Source of the DNA: Candidatus Pacearchaeota archaeon UBA284
GTDB taxonomy: Archaea > Nanobdellota > Nanobdellia > Pacearchaeales > UBA284
Direction of reading: 5' to 3'
DNA length: 30,844 nucleotides
Assembly (NCBI GenBank): GCA_002499185.1
Contig: DAKN01000010.1
Span: forward strand, 4,546 to 35,389
The notes beneath the pieces were generated by a model. It had not been told where the DNA came from and did no database searches. It saw only the letters and a program-made list of their open reading frames with translations. Positions within the stretch are counted from its first letter, which is position 1. Every line of letters starts with the position of its first letter. Below, piece after piece: positions 1 through 9,157 of the stretch. The position numbers and the translations under genes were made by a program.

Positions 1-614
1 AAGTCTTCCCAAAACCAAATTTTCTTATTATATTTCGGAGTGTATTTTGTTCCGAGAAGAGAATTGCTTAAATGAATATTTCCGCCAATTAGCATGCCCC
101 TCGCCTTCCCTTTTTTAATAATTTCTATTTTACCTGGGAAAACGTAATCTTTCTTTTTTTCTGTTAGTATCTCGAATAAGAATTCTTTTGCTTTTTTATC
201 TAACTTTTTTAAACTATGAAGATTTGGACCATGGAAAGTAATAAGTCCTGTTTTGCTATATATAGCTAATAACAATACGGTTATATCGCTGTAGCCTATG
301 AATATTTTCGGATTGTTTTTAATTGATTCATAATCAATCAAATCAAGCAATTGATTAGATGCTGCCCCTCCAGAGGCACACATAATTGCTTTAACCTTTT
401 TATCTTTAAACATTGCATTTAAATCAGATGCTCTTTCTTTAGCGCTGCCCGCGGAGTAATAAGACTTTTTGTATAAATTTTTGCCAAGCTTAACTTTGAA
501 CCCCCTATCTTTTAATATTTTTATGCAAGGCAATATTTCCCTTTCGTTAATTGGGCGAGATGGAGCAATCACTCCTATAGTGTCCCCTATTTTTAGTTTT
601 TTTGGTTTAATCAT
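1..614 (-). CDS. LD-carboxypeptidase-like (peptidase S66, LdcA family); 3' end lies beyond window start
   Basis: Absent from the ORF track because it runs off the window edge. Reverse-strand translation from ATG (612-614): MIKPKKLKIGDTIGVIAPSRP...KVKAIMCASGGAASNQLLDLIDYESIKNNPKIFIGYSDITVLLLAIY...TFHGPNL... The GYSD[IV]T nucleophile elbow and overall layout are typical of LdcA. No stop was met down to position 1. The start lies 5 nt downstream of the stop of the upstream minus-strand gene. Confidence 0.6.
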   Translation of the reverse strand, partial: MIKPKKLKIGDTIGVIAPSRPINEREILPCIKILKDRGFKVKLGKNLYKKSYYSAGSAKERASDLNAMFKDKKVKAIMCASGGAASNQLLDLIDYESIKNNPKIFIGYSDITVLLLAIYSKTGLITFHGPNLHSLKKLDKKAKEFLFEILTEKKKDYVFPGKIEIIKKGKARGMLIGGNIHLSNSLLGTKYTPKYNKKIWFWED

Positions 615-618
615 GATT

Positions 619-1197
619 TTAAAATCTTTTAATCATTCCTTTAAAGGTTATTTCTTTATAATCAAGTTCGTCTATGCCTTTTAATTTGTAAACCTGATTA
701 GTTGAAAATATTTTCTTATCTTCAGGATTTAATCCAAGTAGTTTTATGCCGTCGTCTATTTTCCCCCACGATGGAGCTTCAATTTCTAAATAAGGATCTA
801 ATTGAGGCCAGAAATCTATATCAAATTCAATGTCTTCAAGTAAGTATCTTATTCTTTTGTTTTCTTCATAGAATTTTTCAATAAATCCCATCCGATTTAA
901 TAATTCTGCTGTTTTTGTAAAATCACTTACTATAATTTCAACTTCTTCCATTGAATCATCGTTGGTTTTTCCATCAAAAGTTTTCACCCCAATTCTTTCT
1001 TTATAAGTAAGCGTGACTTTTTCTCCCTCATCTCTAAGTCTAATCCAAGCTCCCTTTTTATGTAACCTTAAATCCGGATAATCAAATGTCTTTCTCTTGT
1101 AAAGCTTTTCAAATATTTTTTTAGCTCCAATAGCTTTAAGCTTATTTTCCATTAAAACAGAATCTATATTCAAAAATTTAACTTCTATTTCCTCCAT
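619..1197 (-). CDS. CYTH-domain protein (class IV adenylate cyclase / triphosphatase fold)
   Basis: 192 aa ORF. The N-terminal MEEIEVKFLNID matches the CYTH signature ExExK. The acidic/basic beta-barrel pattern continues through the protein. Confidence 0.55.
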   Translation of the reverse strand: MEEIEVKFLNIDSVLMENKLKAIGAKKIFEKLYKRKTFDYPDLRLHKKGAWIRLRDEGEKVTLTYKERIGVKTFDGKTNDDSMEEVEIIVSDFTKTAELLNRMGFIEKFYEENKRIRYLLEDIEFDIDFWPQLDPYLEIEAPSWGKIDDGIKLLGLNPEDKKIFSTNQVYKLKGIDELDYKEITFKGMIKRF

Positions 1198-1419
1198 ATT
1201 TTTATATTTTAATCTTTAAAAGATTATATCTCTAAAAAACAAAAAACACCAACAATGGCATTATAATCGGAAGGTCTAGAACCACTATTATCCAAGCAGT
1301 GCAAGGGTTCTTTTGGGGTTTTGGCGATAACCAATTTAAGGTGTTGAGGTCTGGGTAAAATGAGGCAAATGAGACAGTAATAAAAAATATGTCTTTAAGA
1401 AAAAGATCAGTGGCGCTAT

Positions 1420-2037
1420 CTAAATTTTATTTTCCGCTTTTATAATTGCCCAAACATCTTTGACAATTTGCTCTTGATTTTTTGCTAAAACTGTTTTCAT
1501 TCCTAATTTTTCAGCTGGCAAAAGATTTTCTTCTTTGTCATCAATAAAAAGACACTCTTGTGGCCTAACATTCATTTCCCTAGCTACTAATTCGTAAAAT
1601 TCCAAATCAGGTTTTTTAAGTCCCCTTTCGCAAGAGAAAAAAAGATCATCAAATAAAGAGCATCCATTTATTTTTTTAATTATTTCTGCCTGATAAGGAA
1701 ACATATTAGATAAAATTGATAATCGAAATCCTTCGATTTTTAATTTCTCAATTAACTCAATTACTTCAGGAAAAAATACAAATTTATCCTTGTACATTTT
1801 TTTAGCCTTCTCTCCACATTTTTCCGGCATAACCTTACCCAGTGCCTCGGAAAATTCTATCCAAAATTTTTCCTCGGTTACGAGGTTTTTATCAAATTTT
1901 TCTATAATTGGCTTTAAGCGAGTGAAATTTTTTTCGTATTCTTCAATAGAAATTTTGTATAAGTCAATAATGTCTAGGGATAATTTCTGAGATTTTTTCA
2001 CCACGCCATCATAATCAAATATAATCGTTTTTATCAT
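1420..2037 (-). CDS. HAD-superfamily hydrolase (subfamily IA-like)
   Basis: 205 aa. Motif I IIFDYDGVV (DxDG). A C-terminal FIDDKEENL acidic motif (motif IV). Confidence 0.75.
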   Translation of the reverse strand: MIKTIIFDYDGVVKKSQKLSLDIIDLYKISIEEYEKNFTRLKPIIEKFDKNLVTEEKFWIEFSEALGKVMPEKCGEKAKKMYKDKFVFFPEVIELIEKLKIEGFRLSILSNMFPYQAEIIKKINGCSLFDDLFFSCERGLKKPDLEFYELVAREMNVRPQECLFIDDKEENLLPAEKLGMKTVLAKNQEQIVKDVWAIIKAENKI

Positions 2038-2317
2038 ATTTTTTTTGTTTAATTTTTACCATGCCTTTTAAATTAAAGATCTATTTTTTTGATTACTAAC
2101 CAGTAATGTTATAGACTTTTATTGCTTATGCGAAAGTTTTTGTTTTCCTCGTATATATTGTTATTATATCAAATATATTTCTTTGACTCAAGCCAATTTT
2201 TTCATTAAAAAATCCACGTCCTCCCATTAAGGTTAAACCCTATCAATATACTTTTGTCCTTTAATATGGTAAAATTTTTAATGTAAAAATGTATTTAAAT
2301 AATTATTATAACTATAA

Positions 2318-3403
2318 ATGAAAAATTTAGATTTAACAAAAATTATCAGAAAAGACATATTAAAAATGGCAACTTATAAGCCAGCTCCTTATTTGTTAGA
2401 CCTTGAAGAAAAATATAAACATTCTAAAAATGAAATAATAAAATTAGATCAAGGAGAAAATCCCTATGGCTCACCTACTGTGGTTAGAGCAGCACTTATT
2501 CGAGCTAAAAATATTTTCAATCTCTATCCTGATCCTGAATACAAAAAATTAAGATTGGCTATATCTAGTTATGTAGGGATGAACATAAAACATATTATGG
2601 TTGGATCAGGATCAGATGAGCTATTGGATTTGGTTTTAAGGATGGTGATTAATGAAGGAGATGAAATTATAAGTTGCCCACCCACCTATGGAATGTACCC
2701 CATGCTTATCAATTTGAATAAAGGGAAAAATGTTTTCATACAAAGAAATACTGATTACACATTGAGAATTGAGGAAATATTAAGCAAAATAACTAACAAA
2801 ACTAAAGCTATACTCATCTGTTCACCGAATAATCCAACAGGTAATGTCGCCACCGAACAAGAGATTAATATCCTGTTGAATACTGGAAAATTAGTTATTG
2901 TGGATGAGGCCTACTTTGAATTTTGTAATAAAACATTTATTTCAATGTGTAGGAAATATAATAACCTTATAATTTTGAGGACCCTGAGTAAGTGGGCCGG
3001 CTTGGCTGGTTTGCGGTTGGGTTATGTAATAATGTCCCCCCTGCTCATTAATGAGATTATAAAGATAAAACTTCCTTTTAATGTTAATTTATCAGCGGAA
3101 ATTGGAGGTATTGCGGCATTCAATAATATCTATTCTATTCAAAAAACAATTAAAAAAATCGTAAGCGAACGGGAAAGGGTTTATAATTCCCTAAATAAAC
3201 TTCCATTTCTTAATGTATATCCTTCTGAAGCAAATTTTCTGTTTATTAAAATTAATGGAAGTTTGTCGAAAATGAAAAATTATCTAGACAAAAATCTAAT
3301 ATTTCCTCGATATTACGACGAAGAAAATTCCTTAAGACTAACAATCGGAAAACCAGAACAAAATGATAAAATTATTATTTGTCTTAAATCCTTTATTAAA
3401 TAA
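2318..3403 (+). CDS. hisC: histidinol-phosphate aminotransferase (class II PLP aminotransferase)
   Basis: 361 aa. KLDQGENPYG, GSGSDELLDL, CSPNNPTGN, VIVDEAYFEF, and the PLP-lysine region LRTLSKWAGLAGLRLGY. Confidence 0.85.
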   Translation: MKNLDLTKIIRKDILKMATYKPAPYLLDLEEKYKHSKNEIIKLDQGENPYGSPTVVRAALIRAKNIFNLYPDPEYKKLRLAISSYVGMNIKHIMVGSGSDELLDLVLRMVINEGDEIISCPPTYGMYPMLINLNKGKNVFIQRNTDYTLRIEEILSKITNKTKAILICSPNNPTGNVATEQEINILLNTGKLVIVDEAYFEFCNKTFISMCRKYNNLIILRTLSKWAGLAGLRLGYVIMSPLLINEIIKIKLPFNVNLSAEIGGIAAFNNIYSIQKTIKKIVSERERVYNSLNKLPFLNVYPSEANFLFIKINGSLSKMKNYLDKNLIFPRYYDEENSLRLTIGKPEQNDKIIICLKSFIK

Positions 3404-3971
3404 AAGGTTTTACAAATGGAAGAATGAAAGGTTTATTCTTGTCAGCAGATTCTATTAACAAATTAGTTGCCTCTAGTAAGCTCTGACCAATAGTCACAAC
3501 TCCGTGGTCTTTTAGAAAAATAGTACTTGTTTTTTTAAATAGAGGTATCATGCCGTAGCCTAGCTCAATTGTCCCGTACGGTATTTCTTTTGGAGTTGAT
3601 GGAATATTCTTGTCTTCCTTCGAGCCAACATTAACATGGGCTATAGCTTTTACATCAGGCATTTCTTTATATATAGTCCAGTGATTAATAGACTCCGAAG
3701 ACGGACCTTTTGAGCCCCAAAAATAAACTTTTTCACGATTTGCCTCTGCTACAAAAATAATTTCGTTTGAATGCAAGTTATCCAACGCTGACCCCGTGGA
3801 TGTAACTAATATACCTCCGGGAACCTTGATGCTTAAATTTCCGCCACTCCCGACTGCTAATCCGTTTTTACCTATTAGTTTACCACAATCTATAAATTCC
3901 TGGGCATATTTGTCTATTAATGCTTGTATATTTATTGAATCTGGTCTTGTCGCTCCATCTTCGTATTTCAT
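3396..3971 (-). CDS. class II aldolase/adducin-family protein (fuculose-phosphate aldolase / MTRu-1-P dehydratase-like)
   Basis: 191 aa. GSGGNLSIKVPGGILVTSTGS, PSSESINHWTIY, HVNVG (His cluster), LGYGMIP, KDHGVVTIGQSLLEA. Its 3' end overlaps hisC convergently by 8 nt. Confidence 0.7.
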   Translation of the reverse strand: MKYEDGATRPDSINIQALIDKYAQEFIDCGKLIGKNGLAVGSGGNLSIKVPGGILVTSTGSALDNLHSNEIIFVAEANREKVYFWGSKGPSSESINHWTIYKEMPDVKAIAHVNVGSKEDKNIPSTPKEIPYGTIELGYGMIPLFKKTSTIFLKDHGVVTIGQSLLEATNLLIESADKNKPFILPFVKPFI

Positions 3972-4238
3972 CTTATTTAGACTGCAAAATAGATAATCTA
4001 TTTTTTAAGCCGATTAATAATATTTTTAATAATTTTTTGAAAATTAATTTTAGCACAATTAACCAAGAAATGCTTGTCTGGCCCACATTCACGAGACCAT
4101 TATAACTACGCAACCATCTGAATAAGTTATTGATGATTTTACATTACTACTTTTATTATTTTTATCAATAGGTAAAATCAATCGCTATTAACAAGAAACC
4201 AAAAAATTAATTTCGGTATTTTTTCGGAATAAAAAAAG

Positions 4239-4269
4239 AACCCCAGATGCAAGATGCAAAAAGGGGTTT
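4239..4269 (-). terminator. rho-independent terminator after kinase/methyltransferase gene
   Basis: Minus-strand read AACCCC-tttttgcatcttgcatct-GGGGTT followed by CTTTTTTTATT. It sits immediately 3' of the stop at 4280. Confidence 0.6.
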
Positions 4270-4279
4270 TATGTTGATA

Positions 4280-5518
4280 TTATTTTTTAAATCCATAGGT
4301 GGTTTTATGTTGCGGAAATTCAGTTACAGTTTTATATCCGAATTTTCTCAAAATATTTTCCACATCTATTGATGTTTCTTCGCCATTTATAATATGGTAG
4401 GAAGCTATCGCAAGATTAACATTGTTATCCATTAAAACTTTCTTTGCGCCTTCTATTGCTCTAACTTCTGAACCCTCAATGTCCATTTTAATGAAATTAA
4501 CCTTGTTTATTCCTAATCTTTCCAACTCATTATCAATCGAAACGGCGGATATCTCTACGGCATGAGGACTTGCATTAAAGAAAAAAGATGCTCCAGCTGT
4601 GTGTTTGTTATTAAACTTGAGTGTTTTGTCTTTATTCCACAATGCTTTGTTTATGATTGTTACGTTTTTCAATCCATTTAATCTAATATTGCTTTCTAGT
4701 TTTCTGCAATTTTCCGTGTCAGGCTCAAATACAATGACTTTGCCTGTTTCTCCAACGACTTTTGCTGCATAAACAGAAAATGTTCCTTCGTAACCGCCCG
4801 CATCAATTACAGTATCACCCTGATTCAAATCGTAATGTTTTAAATAACCCAAATTTTCTTTATGAAATGAAGTTCTCCATGGCTTATACTCCATATCATA
4901 CGGTGTTAAATTATCACCAGACCAACTATTGAATTTTAATTTCTGACCATTAAAATTTATTTCTACGTAATCATTATGCCAAATTCTTTCCAACATTAAT
5001 TTTTGTAGATTTATTTTGATATCCTCGTCTGATAAATTTTCATTGTCTAAAATAATGTCGTAATCAAGGCAAATTTTCTTACTGTCAGCATAAATTTTGT
5101 CCAATTCTTTCTTCGTCCAGCTCACATGCGTACTTTTTGGCCTTTGTTCAAATCTTCTATGAACCAAGTTAATGGGGGCGTCGACATAGATTATCCTGAC
5201 ATCAGAAATTTGTTGAAGTTTTCTCAGAATATCTAAAGCATATGGCCTATTCATTGTATTTTCAAAGCAAATCTTTCCTTTTTTATCTAAAAATTCAAAA
5301 ATAGCTTTTTCGGCCAAAGGCTCAGCCAGTTTTAAAAAATCATTGGAATGACCTTTTTGTTTTTCAATAAAAATTTCTTCATATTCAAAAAAAGGAACAT
5401 CGAAATGATTTTCAATTAACCTGCCTATATGAGACTTGCCAGCAGCTATTGGGCCAACTAAAACAAAAGCTTCATTCATTCTGGATTTCTCAAGTTCCTC
5501 GCGAGACCCTGTCTCCAT
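4280..5518 (-). CDS. fusion protein: N-terminal P-loop nucleoside/nucleotide kinase-like domain + C-terminal FkbM-family methyltransferase domain
   Basis: 412 aa. Walker A VLVGPIAAGKSHIG. The C-terminal half VIDAGGYEGTFSVYAAK...VIVFEPDTENCRKLESNIRLNGLKNVTIINKALW fits the FkbM SAM-methyltransferase pattern. Confidence 0.55.
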   Translation of the reverse strand: METGSREELEKSRMNEAFVLVGPIAAGKSHIGRLIENHFDVPFFEYEEIFIEKQKGHSNDFLKLAEPLAEKAIFEFLDKKGKICFENTMNRPYALDILRKLQQISDVRIIYVDAPINLVHRRFEQRPKSTHVSWTKKELDKIYADSKKICLDYDIILDNENLSDEDIKINLQKLMLERIWHNDYVEINFNGQKLKFNSWSGDNLTPYDMEYKPWRTSFHKENLGYLKHYDLNQGDTVIDAGGYEGTFSVYAAKVVGETGKVIVFEPDTENCRKLESNIRLNGLKNVTIINKALWNKDKTLKFNNKHTAGASFFFNASPHAVEISAVSIDNELERLGINKVNFIKMDIEGSEVRAIEGAKKVLMDNNVNLAIASYHIINGEETSIDVENILRKFGYKTVTEFPQHKTTYGFKK

Positions 5519-5620
5519 TAGGACACCTCTTTTTTATGGAATATTATTAAAGCGAGGAAGTTTTCTACTTCTCCAACGAGCATGTTTGCTTTCTTGCTAA
5601 TATCGATAATGTTAGGTGGT

Positions 5621-5767
5621 TTAATTCTGACATTTATCATCTTTACCTCCTGGGTCTCGATGTGATGGAGGATAGGCTCCATCGCTCCTCGTCTTTACAA
5701 ACGATCCGCGGACTTTGGCATATCCGTCCTTCTTTAATGCGTGTTGAGTTTTTTCTTGTTTTGTCAT
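5621..5767 (-). CDS. possible small basic protein (48 aa), unannotated; alternatively a non-coding GC-rich element
   Basis: ATG at 5767-5765 preceded by GGAGAAACAACG (SD GGAG). It encodes MTKQEKTQHALKKDGYAKVRGSFVKTRSDGAYPPSHRDPGGKDDKCQN. It is too short for the ORF track. The segment is locally GC-rich compared with its flanks. Confidence 0.25.
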   Translation of the reverse strand: MTKQEKTQHALKKDGYAKVRGSFVKTRSDGAYPPSHRDPGGKDDKCQN

Positions 5768-5899
5768 CGTTGTTTCTCCATATTTTAATTGTCAAAGAAC
5801 CCGCTCTGACAACAATACTATACAATAAATTTAATAATTAAGCAATATCTTCCAGTTTTACATATTTGTCGTGTAATTTACCTTAAACGACTTTAATTT

Positions 5900-5930
5900 T
5901 AAAAAGAAAGGCTCCCATAAGGGAGCTTAG
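5900..5930 (-). terminator. rho-independent terminator after pheT
   Basis: Minus-strand read AAGCTCCC-ttat-GGGAGCCTT followed by TCTTTTTAAAA. It starts 2 nt after the pheT stop. Confidence 0.6.
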
Positions 5931-5931
5931 T

Positions 5932-7899
5932 TTAAATAATATTCGATCCAAAGGTTTTAAGGTGAGTATCTTTTGCTTCTTTATCTGATAGTTCTTCGTA
6001 AGTCACTCTTAAGGTATATCTTTTCTTTTCTTCCATCTGATAGATATCTGCGATATTAATACTCCAAATATTTTTTTTGTTTATCTTCTTTTCTAAATTG
6101 TCTAAATATTCAAAGATTGAATCTTTTTCATCTAATTCAATGTTTACATCCAAAGGAATTAATTTTTGAGTTAATTCTACTACCGGGTTATTGTCTACGC
6201 TGGTTAATAGTTTAGTAATTTTTTCAATATCAATTTCAGCAAAATAGATATTTAGCTTTGTTTCAGATGGAGTTAGTTTATAGAGAATGCCGATATTTTG
6301 ATTATTAACAAAGATATCCCAGCAAGATTCAGGATTAGATATTCTCGGTTTTAATTTAGATTCAAAGTATTTAACATTTTCAAATCCGAGTAATCTTAAT
6401 AATGATTCAACTTTGTCTTTGAATTGAGGTAAATTATTGTTTTTTGTTGCTGACAATATTCCCAATGACTCGTGCTCTAAGTAGTTTTTGCCGCTCTCTC
6501 CGAAGACCTTCCCTATTTCAAAGATGTCTATATATTCAACTCCTTTTTTGAAATATTCAGTCATTTGATTCAATAGTCCGGCGGCAATTGATTGTCTTAA
6601 ATGAGGAAACAAATCATTAACCGAATTCTGAGTAGTTATTTCTTTTAAATCAGAATAATTGAACTTGTCATTAATTCCCTTTTGAGTTAACGGCCAAGAT
6701 AATGTTTCGTCAAATCCCAAAGAGGTTAAAACGTCTCTTATCTTTTCCGCTAAAACAATATTCTTAGGAGTGATGTTTTTAACTATTTCCAAACAAGGAG
6801 TTTCATTGGTTGGAATATGATTATATCCGTATATCCTTATCACCTCTTCGGCCAAGTCTTCGGGTAAAGATACATCCATTCTTGAAGTCGGAGGAGTAAC
6901 TGTTAGTTTGTTGTTTTTAGAAATAACCTGGAAATTCAATCCTTTCAATATTCTTAGCGTATCTTTCGGGCTTATTTCAATTCCCGCCAATTTACTTGGC
7001 AATTCTTTATCAAATTGAATCTTCAGAGAAATGTATTTTTTAGGATAATAGCTAAATAAAGAACTGGCAACTTGTCCTCCGGCATATTTTAAAATCAAAG
7101 CAACCAGCATTTTCATGGCATAATCGGCTCCGTTCGGATCAAGGTCTTTTTCCAGTCTTCGGCTGGCTTCGGTTGTAATACTCAGGCTTCTTGAATTTTT
7201 TCTAATGATTGAACGGTCGTAAATGGCGATTTCAACAATAATTGATTTTGTCTTAATATCAATGCTGTCGGTTTTCCCGCCGATGATTCCCGCTAAAGCT
7301 AAAACACTATTATTGTCTCTAATAATGATTTCATTATTATTTAGTTTGGTAACCGAACCCAATAAGGTGGTTATTTCTTTAAAGCTGTTGTTTATAGACC
7401 AGCAGATAGATCCTTCTGTCTTATCAAAATCAATCAAGTGAGATGGATATCCGGTCATCATCATCACGTAATTAGAAAGGTCGACTAATAGTCCGGCACT
7501 GTTTAAGCCGTAAAAAGACATATAGTCTTTAAGCCATTCTGGAGATTCAATATTCTTAACATTATCAATCTTAATTGCTAATACTCTTTTTGTTTCTTTT
7601 TTAGTCTCAATTTTAATATCAAGCTTTTTAGTATTTTTACTGATTGGCTTTACTGTCGGAATATTTAATTTCAAATTGTAATAAGCGGCTACTTCTTGGG
7701 CCAGACCGATAACGGAAAGGCAATCAGCGCGATTCTGCCTGATTTCCAAGCTTAATAAATAATCTTTCTTCCCTTTATACGAAACTTCGGTAAAGCCATC
7801 CATCATGAATCCGGTCAAAGTTAAAGCCTCCCCTACTTCTTTAGGGCTGGCTTTTAATCTCGGAACTAATTCTTTTATTTCGCTATATAATACTTTCAT
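5932..7899 (-). CDS. pheT: phenylalanine--tRNA ligase beta subunit, compact form lacking the N-terminal OB-fold tRNA-binding domain
   Basis: 655 aa. EIRQNRADCLSVIGLAQEVAA (B3/4 region) appears near residue 50 instead of ~150. B5 and the C-terminal catalytic-like domains are present. The start overlaps the pheS stop. Confidence 0.85.
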   Translation of the reverse strand: MKVLYSEIKELVPRLKASPKEVGEALTLTGFMMDGFTEVSYKGKKDYLLSLEIRQNRADCLSVIGLAQEVAAYYNLKLNIPTVKPISKNTKKLDIKIETKKETKRVLAIKIDNVKNIESPEWLKDYMSFYGLNSAGLLVDLSNYVMMMTGYPSHLIDFDKTEGSICWSINNSFKEITTLLGSVTKLNNNEIIIRDNNSVLALAGIIGGKTDSIDIKTKSIIVEIAIYDRSIIRKNSRSLSITTEASRRLEKDLDPNGADYAMKMLVALILKYAGGQVASSLFSYYPKKYISLKIQFDKELPSKLAGIEISPKDTLRILKGLNFQVISKNNKLTVTPPTSRMDVSLPEDLAEEVIRIYGYNHIPTNETPCLEIVKNITPKNIVLAEKIRDVLTSLGFDETLSWPLTQKGINDKFNYSDLKEITTQNSVNDLFPHLRQSIAAGLLNQMTEYFKKGVEYIDIFEIGKVFGESGKNYLEHESLGILSATKNNNLPQFKDKVESLLRLLGFENVKYFESKLKPRISNPESCWDIFVNNQNIGILYKLTPSETKLNIYFAEIDIEKITKLLTSVDNNPVVELTQKLIPLDVNIELDEKDSIFEYLDNLEKKINKKNIWSINIADIYQMEEKKRYTLRVTYEELSDKEAKDTHLKTFGSNII

Positions 7900-8917
7900 T
7901 TTCGTAATATTTATATCCTAAGTTTCCTCCGAGCAAAGTTCTGATGTCGGTAATTTTGTATTTGGCCATTACCCAACGATCAAGTCCTAATCCGAAAGCA
8001 AACCCAACATATTTTTTAGTATCAATCCCAGCCATTTTCATCACATTGGGATGGATGATTCCCGCTCCTCCCATTTCAATCCAGCCGACGCCTTTGCATA
8101 GCGGGCAACCTTTGCCGTGGCAATTAAAGCATTGCATATCCGGTCCTACCCCCGGTTCAACTTCAGGATAGTATTTGTTTCTGTATCTGGTAACCACATC
8201 TTCGCCGTACATTTTTTTAAATAGAACTTGAAAGGTTCCGAATAGGTCTTTCATGTTGGTTCTTTCGGTCACGACTACACCCTGATATTGATGGAAGACA
8301 AAATGATTACTTTTGTTAACACTTTCGTTCCTATATGATTTTCCGGGACAAACAATCTTAAAGGGAGGTTTGTATTTAGCCAAAACCTGAGCTTCGATTG
8401 AAGAGGTTTGAGTTCTTAATAAAAAATCAGGTTCTTTGATATAGATAGTATCTTGCATGTCGCGGGCCGGATGGTCAGCGGGAACATTTAATCTTTGGAA
8501 ACAAAATTCATCGGTTTCTATTTCCGGGCCGTCCATGATGCTGAAACCCATACTGGTAAACAGTTCATTCATTTCTCTGATGGTTTTTGAGATGGGATGC
8601 AAATGCCCTATTTTTGGAGCAATTAGATTAATGTCTTCTGATTGAGATTTAATGTTTCCTGACATCTCCCCTCCTTTAATTGATTTCTCTTTTTCGGTAA
8701 ATAATTCTTGAGCTTCTTTATATGCTTGTTGGATAATTAAAGCAGTTGTTTTCTTTTCTTCGGCTGGTAAATCTTTTATCTTTTTTATTAATAACTTAAA
8801 AGATCCAGTATCACTGAAATACTTATGCCATAGCTTTGTTGTGGCAGTAGAAGACTCGGCTGATTCTAGGTCGCTCTTTAATTCTTCCAATAGTTTTTTT
8901 ACTTGTTCCTCAGTCAT
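7883..8917 (-). CDS. pheS: phenylalanine--tRNA ligase alpha subunit
   Basis: 344 aa. FQRLNVPADHPARDMQDTIYI (motif 2 region) and GFAFGLGLDRWVMAKYKITDIRTLLGGNL (motif 3). Contains an unusual CFNCHGKGCPLCKG insertion. Confidence 0.9.
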   Translation of the reverse strand: MTEEQVKKLLEELKSDLESAESSTATTKLWHKYFSDTGSFKLLIKKIKDLPAEEKKTTALIIQQAYKEAQELFTEKEKSIKGGEMSGNIKSQSEDINLIAPKIGHLHPISKTIREMNELFTSMGFSIMDGPEIETDEFCFQRLNVPADHPARDMQDTIYIKEPDFLLRTQTSSIEAQVLAKYKPPFKIVCPGKSYRNESVNKSNHFVFHQYQGVVVTERTNMKDLFGTFQVLFKKMYGEDVVTRYRNKYYPEVEPGVGPDMQCFNCHGKGCPLCKGVGWIEMGGAGIIHPNVMKMAGIDTKKYVGFAFGLGLDRWVMAKYKITDIRTLLGGNLGYKYYENESII

Positions 8918-9157
8918 GATATTAATATCTTAACAAAATATGGTAAATGTTTAAATATTGACAAAACACGCGAAATAGTGTTTTTTATAAAAACGTAAAT
9001 GATAAATTGTCTACTTATTATATCATGAGAGAAGTAAAATAGACATTTTGAGTTGTTTCATGTAGAAAGCGATAGAAAAGGATAGATACAACAATTTTAA
9101 ATTGTTAGTTAAATAGTTCGACAAATTATCAAAAACAAGATAAAATAAGTATAAATT

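Noticed and set aside
469-884. Plus-strand ORFs 469-684 and 702-884
   Set aside because: They overlap well-supported minus-strand genes (LdcA-like and CYTH) and have no motifs or RBS.
1198-1419. Possible tRNA/ncRNA in the 222-bp spacer between CYTH and HAD genes (GGTTC-containing segment)
   Set aside because: I could not fold a cloverleaf: there is no matching acceptor stem and no T-loop consensus TTCRANT, on either strand.
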